This document shows, in pieces, positions 56,868-64,000 of a stretch of 64,000 nucleotides of DNA. The translations under genes were made by a program, and so were the position numbers. Below the pieces are notes generated by a model. The model saw nothing but the letters and a program-made list of their open reading frames with translations. It searched no databases and had not been told where the DNA came from. Position 1 is the stretch's first letter. Each line of letters begins with the position of its first letter. The DNA is from Diplonema japonicum (lineage: Eukaryota; Protista; Euglenozoa: Diplonemea): contig OZ025708.1 of assembly GCA_964019335.1 (NCBI GenBank), positions 248,001-312,000 of the forward strand. The letters run 5' to 3'.

Positions 56868-57531
56868 TCTACGCATCATTTATGAAGGACAAGCTGACCA
56901 ACCGCCAGCACATCAAGAAATATGCAAGATGGGTCAAGGAACGGGGTTATTTAATCAATAGGGTCTGTTTAAAAGAAAAAAAAAAAAAGAGAAAAAAAAA
57001 GGTGAATGAAGCGGCGTCGGAAGCCGAGCGAACTGTTTATAAGATTTTAAGCGAGAAGCCCGTGGCTTACTCAGATGCAAGGAAGAACGGGGGGTTTCTG
57101 AGCAGGGTTGCGGAGGAGGAAGAGGAAGACGCGGAAGGAGACGGAGCTTGGCTCGAGGAGGAGGCACAGAAGGGGAGGGTGGAACGGGAGAAATTGGAGC
57201 AGAAAAAATTAGCTATACCAGAGTTAAGCATCACAGTGGCGTCCCCCGTGGAAGGGCCTGTAGGAGGAGTGGGCGGGAATGCGCATGATGACTCGCTTGC
57301 GGTCTTCACCCAGTATGGAAAAAAAAAAAAAAAAAAAAAAAAAGGTATATCGGCACATCCCCACATCTGAGCGATGAGGATGTGACACCTTTGCTGATGT
57401 CCTCTACGCCACCACGGAGACAGTCTTTTCCCTCCACCAGAGATCCGGGGAGGCTGTCCAGTATTTCCAGTTATGGGTCCGAGGGGTTTTCTGGTGGGTT
57501 AAATGATGATTATCCAGGGGCGAGAGAATGA
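56164..57531 (+). CDS. Single-pass membrane hypothetical protein, 4 exons, ~413 aa
   Basis: Exons 56164-56811, 56867-56962, 57002-57312 and 57345-57531. TM segment LSVLIGVVLCVVAGLCIVI. The second intron (39 nt) is in frame, so it is less certain. Confidence 0.7.
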
Positions 57532-57701
57532 AAAAAAAAAAAAAAAAAAAAAAAAATGAAAAGAAAAAAAAAAAGAAAGAAAAAAAAACGCTTTACGTGT
57601 GCTGTTGTGAACGTCCACGTATCCATTTCTTCTCTCTATTAAGCTCTTCCCCACTTTAAAAAAGAAGAACGAAAGAAAAAAAAAAAGAAAAAAAAAAAGA
57701 G

Positions 57702-57732
57702 GGAGAAAAACACGGTTCACGGTAAGCAAGGG

Positions 57733-57777
<45 letters not shown>

Positions 57778-57970
57778 GAGCGGTGGTGAAGTGGCACTCT
57801 GGAAGGATACACAGATGTCACACCAGGCACCCCCTTAAAACTTACAGCTCACAGCAGGTATCCACGGCCAGTACAGCACATGTGAGGAGGTGTCATGCCA
57901 CTGTCTCACCCCGAACTTGTTGGAAAGCAGTGCAAATAAGGTGAACTTACCGTGAACGGCGGTTTTCTCC
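57702..57970. mobile_element. MITE-like element with ~25-bp imperfect terminal inverted repeats
   Basis: GGAGAAAAACACGGTTCACGGTAAG ... CTTACCGTGAACGGCGGTTTTCTCC, with a long internal A-run. Confidence 0.55.
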
Positions 57971-58051
57971 AAGACGGAAAGAAAAGGATGGAAAAAAAAA
58001 AAAGAATTGGTTTTGCATCGTTGTCATATTTCAGAGAATTTCATGTGTACT

Positions 58052-58089
<38 letters not shown>

Positions 58090-58524
58090 GAAAATAAAAT
58101 CAAGTAGTACCAGCCTTGGCCACTCTGGTGATTTTGCTATGCTGTTGTTGCGGCAGTTTACTGTGTAAAATGGGCATTTTGCCACCTTTTTTTTTTTTTT
58201 TTAACACCAATGGAAATTTATAAGGTATCCTGCGAACGAAAAGCAAACCAAAAAAAGGGGGGGGAAGGAAACCTCTTTTTCTTTTCTCGTCTTTCAGCTC
58301 CGCTCAATAAGAAAAGGAAAAAAGTTTCTGGAAGGGGGGGGGGGGGGGGAAGAGCTATTCGTTCCATCAATGGAATTTCTTTTTTCTTTTTCGTGTCATT
58401 TTTTTGCCTGTGGCTGCGGCCATTTTTTTTTTCTTCTTCTATTTCATTGTTGGATTTTATCTCCCCTCAAAAAAATTTAACATTTTTTAATATTTTCAGT
58501 CAAAGCACAATAATAATACGAAAA

Positions 58525-58557
<33 letters not shown>

Positions 58558-58734
58558 AAGAGATATTTTATGCCGTTTCGCATTGAACCTGCTGCATCTC
58601 TTCAAAAAAAAAAAAAAAGGGATAATTTTTTTTCTGGTGCAGCAAGACCTTTGGCCGGGTCTCGAAGTGGCGCCTTGGCGTTTAAATTCGATTGTATCCC
58701 CCTACCTTTTTTCTTCTTCTTTTATCTACCAAAC

Positions 58735-59356
58735 TAGGGCTACGTTGTCGGCGTACGCGTACGCAGCAAAATCTGAAAAAGTGCGTACGGCTCCTTACAC
58801 CTACAGGTACAGGCTACGGGTCAATGGGCTTACGTTGGACAAGAGGGGCACAAAAATGGATGGAAGAGAGGGTGGGCGGCAGGCTTCATGCAAACACTTT
58901 TACACCCGATCCGTCTCCATTAGACGCTCTCTTCGTCATCAGGATCAGGCGCCCTGATGCAGGTCTTCCAACGCCAGTTCTGCCGCACGCCAGTAGTCTC
59001 TCACAAACTGCGTGCAGGTGAAACTACGTTTGCCGAAGTAGAGTCTGACCTGAATTATATCTCTGACAAGAATCAGCTTTGTCAAATCCCTACGGCCGAT
59101 CTTCGGGCTTCCACCTTGAACGGTGCCTTTTCCCCGAGCTCCACACACCGCAGGCCTGACCCAAAGCCTCATACCATAGGTCGCAAGAGACACATGCCCA
59201 GTGAATATTGCCTTTGACCTTTGTTGAAGACCTTCCAAAATGAATGCCGTACGCAAAAAAAAATGGGTACGCGTACGCAGCAAATCTAAAAAAAGTGCGC
59301 ACGGCATACGTTCGAAATACGCGTACGTACGGCCGTACGCCGACAACGTAGAACTA
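58735..59356. mobile_element. 622-bp non-autonomous TIR element (TAG...CTA termini, hAT-like)
   Basis: TAGGGCTACGTTGTCGGCGTACG ... CGTACGCCGACAACGTAGAACTA (18-bp perfect core). Subterminal direct repeat GTACGCGTACGCAGCAAA(A)TCT.AAAAAGTGCG.ACGGC at ~58753 and ~59267. Confidence 0.8.
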
Positions 59357-59879
59357 GGGGGGGGGGGGGGGACGGTAAAAATGTGTATTTCTGTCGTTGT
59401 TACCCACGATGGTACCTGCTCATTGGGCAACTTTGTTCCCCCCCCCCCCCCCCCCCGACAGCCTTTATTATTTTGAAAACGCGAAAAAAAGAAGAAAAAA
59501 AAGGGACGTAGTAACGCCACTTAGTGTTGCAATCAAAGCCCCCATTTCTTTTTTTTTTTCTCTTTTTTTTTTCTATGTTGTTTCTTTTCTATTTTTTTTA
59601 CCCCCCTTGTCCTCCCCCCCTGCACACCCACCATGCCTTTTTTTTCTTTTCTTTTTTTCTTTCCTTCACTGTGCCCCCCCCCCCCCCCCAAAAAAAAGAA
59701 GAAGTCGGACTTTCAATATACAATAACTGATATCTTGGTAAAGTCGTTCCTTGAGCAGCTCCTTGTCCTGTCCATTGCAAAAAATTCGCCTCTTTTTTTT
59801 TTTTTTTTTTTTTTTTTTCTTTTCTTAAGCAAACAAGATAAAAGGCATTTGGTTTTACCCATCTAAAAGGACACAAAAA

Positions 59880-61286
59880 ATGCAGTGTGCTGGAGACTGC
59901 GGCTTGGCGGTAACGGGTGTCACCCCAACCCACTGCTGCAAGGTGTGCTCCATGTTCCGAGGCAAACACGGCCCGGCCTGTATGAAGTCACCGTTTCAAG
60001 GAACAACTGATAACAACAATTCGCATCTTCGTGCTGTGTGCTCACGGGATCATTGCAACTTCGCGCAAACAGGAATCGTAGAGGGGTACTGTTGCATGGC
60101 GTGTCTAAACAACAGAGGGCACGGTCAGTACTGCGGGCAGTTGTCTGTCACAGAGGCCAACAAGGACGCCGGTAAAACATTCGCGCTGCGAAACCTCGAA
60201 AGAGAGACGAGCTTCGGCCCCTTCACACTGCAATGGAAAAAACGCAATATCGCCGTTCTAGCAACCGACACCCCACCACGGACTCTCCGCGTCAATGAAG
60301 AAGGTACCGTAGACAGCCACGGAAGAGGCGGCCTCTTCGCGGTGTTCGAAATAAAACAAATCGTGGATACGGTTGTCACCCTGTTCGCGGTAACGGGAAA
60401 ACGATTTCTTTCAGCTGACGATGACGGCAAGCTAACCGCGGTACATTCAGAAGGCTGCGCCACGCTATGGACCATCGATGAGGTCCCACTCGACACATGT
60501 TTGTTCCCTTGCTTCTCCGTGAAGGTCGATCCCAATCTTAGTTTAAACCCCGAAGAAAAAAGAATGTTTAAAGAAGCTGGGTACATCGTGAAAAAGCAGG
60601 TCATACCTAAAAAACTTATAACCGAAGCGTTGAAAGCAATTAATTCCCGTCTTTGCACACCGGGTGCCGTGGTCACAGACGGGTTAGGGGGTTCGGGGAT
60701 GAAATTCTGTAAGGATATTGCCACGGATTCTAGTATACGAAACCTGCTGTTCGGGTCAGGGGTGTGGGGCCTCGCGCAGGATTTAATCGGGAAGAACAAA
60801 ATACACCCGGTTCGTGGTGGGCAGATTGCGTTACGCGGCCCGCAGAGTTCTCTCCCCGATCTCGCGCCGGGTGAGCTTCATCGCTCCGGCTGGCATATAG
60901 ACGGTATTGACAAGGGTAAACACAGTGCTTTCACGCTTCTTGTCGGTATTGCTTTGACAGACTGTGTCGAGCCGAATAACGGAAACCTAATCGTGTACCC
61001 CGGGTCGCACCACGTTTTGCTCCCTCTGCTGAAAGATTCGGTTGCCGCCGGGAATCTTTCTCTGCGCCACCCAAGGCCTGTTTTGTCCAACCCACACCAT
61101 GTTTGCTGTACCGCTGGTGATGTTGTATTTGTACACCACAAGCTGGCACATGCTGGAGGGCCTAATGCAGGGCACCAGATTCGATATCAGGTGTACTTCA
61201 GGCTCAGCCACAAGAACCACGAGGAATTCACTGCTTCGAACATTACACTAGAGGATCTGTGGGTGGAGTATGAAGGACTCCACTAG
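59880..61286 (+). CDS. PhyH-family Fe(II)/2OG dioxygenase with N-terminal Cys/His-rich repeats and a fascin-like segment
   Basis: WHIDG, NGNLIVYPGSHH, AGDVVFVHHKLAHAGGPN, IRYQVYFR. Two C..C..CCxxC..HGxxC repeats at the N-terminus. Confidence 0.85.
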   Translation: MQCAGDCGLAVTGVTPTHCCKVCSMFRGKHGPACMKSPFQGTTDNNNSHLRAVCSRDHCNFAQTGIVEGYCCMACLNNRGHGQYCGQLSVTEANKDAGKTFALRNLERETSFGPFTLQWKKRNIAVLATDTPPRTLRVNEEGTVDSHGRGGLFAVFEIKQIVDTVVTLFAVTGKRFLSADDDGKLTAVHSEGCATLWTIDEVPLDTCLFPCFSVKVDPNLSLNPEEKRMFKEAGYIVKKQVIPKKLITEALKAINSRLCTPGAVVTDGLGGSGMKFCKDIATDSSIRNLLFGSGVWGLAQDLIGKNKIHPVRGGQIALRGPQSSLPDLAPGELHRSGWHIDGIDKGKHSAFTLLVGIALTDCVEPNNGNLIVYPGSHHVLLPLLKDSVAAGNLSLRHPRPVLSNPHHVCCTAGDVVFVHHKLAHAGGPNAGHQIRYQVYFRLSHKNHEEFTASNITLEDLWVEYEGLH

Positions 61287-61291
61287 CCGGG

Positions 61292-61322
<31 letters not shown>

Positions 61323-61837
61323 TAGCCTTGTGTGATCTTTGTTTGACATCTCCCCCCCCCCCCCCCCTCCCCCTGCTAGCTTGTCTTCTATCTTTTTTTT
61401 TTGACGGTGAAAAGCAAAAAAAAAAAAAAAAAAAAAGGGAGCGAAACTAATGTCGGGTAGTACGCATAAAAGGAAAAGGGTGCCGTGAATATGCCACTGT
61501 GATGCTCTTTATGATTCTATTTTTCTCTTTTTTTTTTAAACCTTTTCTCCCCCTGCTTTGAAAAGTACAGAACAGGAGTTAAACTCCTCATTCCTCTAAA
61601 TGTTTCGTTCTTCTATGTGGTTCTCTCGTCACGGCCACCTTTATGCAACCGTCTCTCGTCCTCCTTGTTGTCGGAAGAAGAAAAAAAAAAAAGAAACGAA
61701 CCTGATTCTTATGAAAAAAAAAAAAAAAAAAAAACCCTAAGGAAAAAAGAAAAGACTTTTTTTTTCATGTCTCTCTCCATCGCTTTTTATTTTCTCTCTT
61801 TACGATTCTTTTAATCTTCTGAAGTATTCAGTTCAAA

Positions 61838-63442
61838 ATGTTAAGCACAGCGGCTAGGGTCAGCATCTGGAGCATCCTGCTGGCCTCTGTGGTGTGGACA
61901 GTGGCGTCCACACGGCAGAGAGAGACAAGGATGAAGGTCGAGATCGTAGATAACTACGGGGAGACTATCGCAGTGGGGACTCTGCCCGTGGCTGTAGCCA
62001 AGGGGAAAGTACACAACGTGCAGCCACCGTCTGCTTACTGCAAATCCATGTCGGAGGTGTACCCTGGGCGAGCGGAGGGGGACCGGTGGCGGCCGCAGGA
62101 GTGCCTGCTCCGAGAGAAACCTGCCTGCCCCTTGCTGAGGAAGGTTGCGGTGCTCGGGGACGAGGTGACCAGGAGGCTCGGGGAGGCCTTGCAGCAAGCA
62201 GCTCCTTCGAACATGCTGGTCATCGTGTTCAACACCACACAGCTGGCAACAAATGCCGTCCTTCGGGAGATGGACGCAGTGCTGTACGGAGCGGGGCACG
62301 ACGTGGCGCAGAGGAACCGTGTCTCCCTGTCACGCTTCTACAACGAGTCGGCAGCGGAGATCTGGCGCCTGAAGCAAATCGTTGGGGTGAAGAAGCTGGC
62401 AGTAAACCTCCCGCACCACTTCGACAGGGAGGGGTGTGCATCACAGGACTCAGCATGCTACAGGTGTGCGGACCCCGTGCAGGCAGCAGCGTACCGAGAG
62501 GCACTACGCAGCGCAGCAGCTTGCAACAAGATCTCCGTGTTCAACTTTGAAGACCTCACGAAGGTGGGGACAAGAGGCGGGCAGCTTCGGATGAAGGCGA
62601 ACATAGTGGCGAACTGGGTGTGTGGTGGTGGGGGCTTCACACCATCCCTTCCAGGGGTGTGTGTTCCCGATGCAGACCTCCTTGCACGGTGGAGCACGAT
62701 GCCTGCGAGTGTGAAGGAGAACTGCGGGGTCCCTGTCTGCAACAGCTCGAGGGAGGTGGCAGCGGCAATGAACAGCAACAGCCACGACCAAACCGTGAAC
62801 AGTCCGATGAGCTGCTCACTCCCGACGAGGTCGGACCTCCGCATCAGAAAATGTTTGGAAGGGAAGCAAGTTGTGTTCTTCGGTGACGGGGGGACACGGA
62901 ACCTCATGGAGTCCCTGATGGGGGTGAAAATCGACCCCACGGAACACCACATCTACACGGAGCAGGGCGGGAAGGTGAGCTTCCTGTCGTCGCCCTGTCT
63001 GGACATTGGGTGCGAGCCTGGGACACATGTCATGTTCTCCTCTCGGATACGGTTGGTGCGGACAGCTGACCTCATTGTGTACGGGATGGGGAGCCGCTTC
63101 AACACCCCTGTGGTGCAGTACGCTGACATGGCGACAGAGATCGTGGAGCAGCTGAAGCTCAGGAAGAAGGAATCTGCGAAGCTGGTTCTGTATCCTACCC
63201 CGTCTGTCCCCGCTTCGCAGCAGTGCTTCACCGCCTACCAGAAGGCATTCCACCTCTCTGCTGGCTGCAACCAGATACCCGTCCTCCCGAACCACCCGTC
63301 TTCTGCCGACCTCCTCGCGAATTATTTATGCAGAAAGGAGGAAGGGGGTGAGGAACGCTTCCATTTACATGTTCCTGTCTGCAACCCTAGCGAGACCCAG
63401 GCTGAATGGGCGGCTGTTCCTGCCCTCGCAAGGCCTTGCTAA
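61838..63442 (+). CDS. Membrane-anchored or secreted protein with tandem SGNH/PC-esterase-like domains lacking the catalytic Ser
   Basis: N-terminal hydrophobic helix. Two repeats beginning KVAVLGDEVTRRL and QVVFFGDGGTRNL, each followed by D.(V/I).YG.G and a paralogous C-terminal Cys pattern. Confidence 0.7.
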   Translation: MLSTAARVSIWSILLASVVWTVASTRQRETRMKVEIVDNYGETIAVGTLPVAVAKGKVHNVQPPSAYCKSMSEVYPGRAEGDRWRPQECLLREKPACPLLRKVAVLGDEVTRRLGEALQQAAPSNMLVIVFNTTQLATNAVLREMDAVLYGAGHDVAQRNRVSLSRFYNESAAEIWRLKQIVGVKKLAVNLPHHFDREGCASQDSACYRCADPVQAAAYREALRSAAACNKISVFNFEDLTKVGTRGGQLRMKANIVANWVCGGGGFTPSLPGVCVPDADLLARWSTMPASVKENCGVPVCNSSREVAAAMNSNSHDQTVNSPMSCSLPTRSDLRIRKCLEGKQVVFFGDGGTRNLMESLMGVKIDPTEHHIYTEQGGKVSFLSSPCLDIGCEPGTHVMFSSRIRLVRTADLIVYGMGSRFNTPVVQYADMATEIVEQLKLRKKESAKLVLYPTPSVPASQQCFTAYQKAFHLSAGCNQIPVLPNHPSSADLLANYLCRKEEGGEERFHLHVPVCNPSETQAEWAAVPALARPC

Positions 63443-63762
63443 TTCAGAACCCTCTTGCGATGTTCTTTCAATTTTCATTGTTTTCTTTTCTATTTCTTTT
63501 TTTTTTTCTTTTCTCCTTCTCCCCTTTTCCTCTTTGTTTTTTTAAGGGGAGAGGGAAGAAAAAAAAAAAGAGAATCTTTTTCTTAAACCTTTCGTCGAAC
63601 ACGGAAATAGAACCTATATTCTCCTCCATTCAGAATTGAGGCTGTCTCTCTCTCTCTCTCTCTCTCTCTGTTACTTCCCTTATTTTAGGGTGTCCCAAAA
63701 GGTGACATATCTCCCTTCGGCTGTCACCATATCATGTCTTAGAGCGCTACCTGCGAATTTTG

Positions 63763-63808
<46 letters not shown>

Positions 63809-64000
63809 AAGAAGGAATCTGTTTTGTTTTCGATTTTCCTCCTTCAAAATTTTGCGGCAATATCCCCTCTAAGAAAACATTGAATGCTGTTACCACCTTG
63901 GGGAAAATCACTTTAGGGTTTAAAAATAGCTATTTACTGCCAACAAGTAATGACTTTACCGTTACCTCGAGGTCGGTAAAGCATTACTTGGCGGTAGGTA

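Noticed and set aside
58945-59050. CTGATG...GAAAC...GTC as a further hammerhead
   Set aside because: The core is CTGATGC, there is no helix II closing pair, and CTGATG is sequestered in a CATCAGG/CCTGATG hairpin within the TIR element.
1-64000. SL RNA gene, rRNA, intact tRNA, CRISPR array, alternative genetic code
   Set aside because: No such signatures seen by eye. TAA, TAG and TGA all terminate well-supported genes.

Overview
Eukaryotic protist genomic DNA, most consistent with a euglenozoan such as a diplonemid. This assignment is inferred from the head-to-tail gene order, GTATG splice donors and the gene families present. Twenty-two putative intact protein genes all lie on the + strand. 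They include a lipase-FYVE protein, a receptor cyclase-like protein, a kinesin, an intronless 13.9-kb DNAH5/8-type axonemal dynein heavy chain, PA2G4/EBP1, an NDUFB10-like protein, a nucleoplasmin-like protein, an amidoligase-like protein, a mucin-like multi-TM protein, a PDZ/EF-hand protein, a PhyH dioxygenase and an SGNH-like protein. Seven genes that the ORF track shows as fragments, or misses, can be rebuilt by splicing 17 tiny (32-78 nt) GT-AG introns. Twelve of these are essentially poly(A) running up to the acceptor, 8 end in AAG, and 14 are phase 0. Non-coding DNA is saturated with homopolymers, and most start codons follow an A-tract. Mobile DNA comprises piggyBac and LINE relics, three MITE-like elements, a tRNA-like relic, and two partial copies of a dispersed repeat that together reconstruct a type I hammerhead ribozyme.
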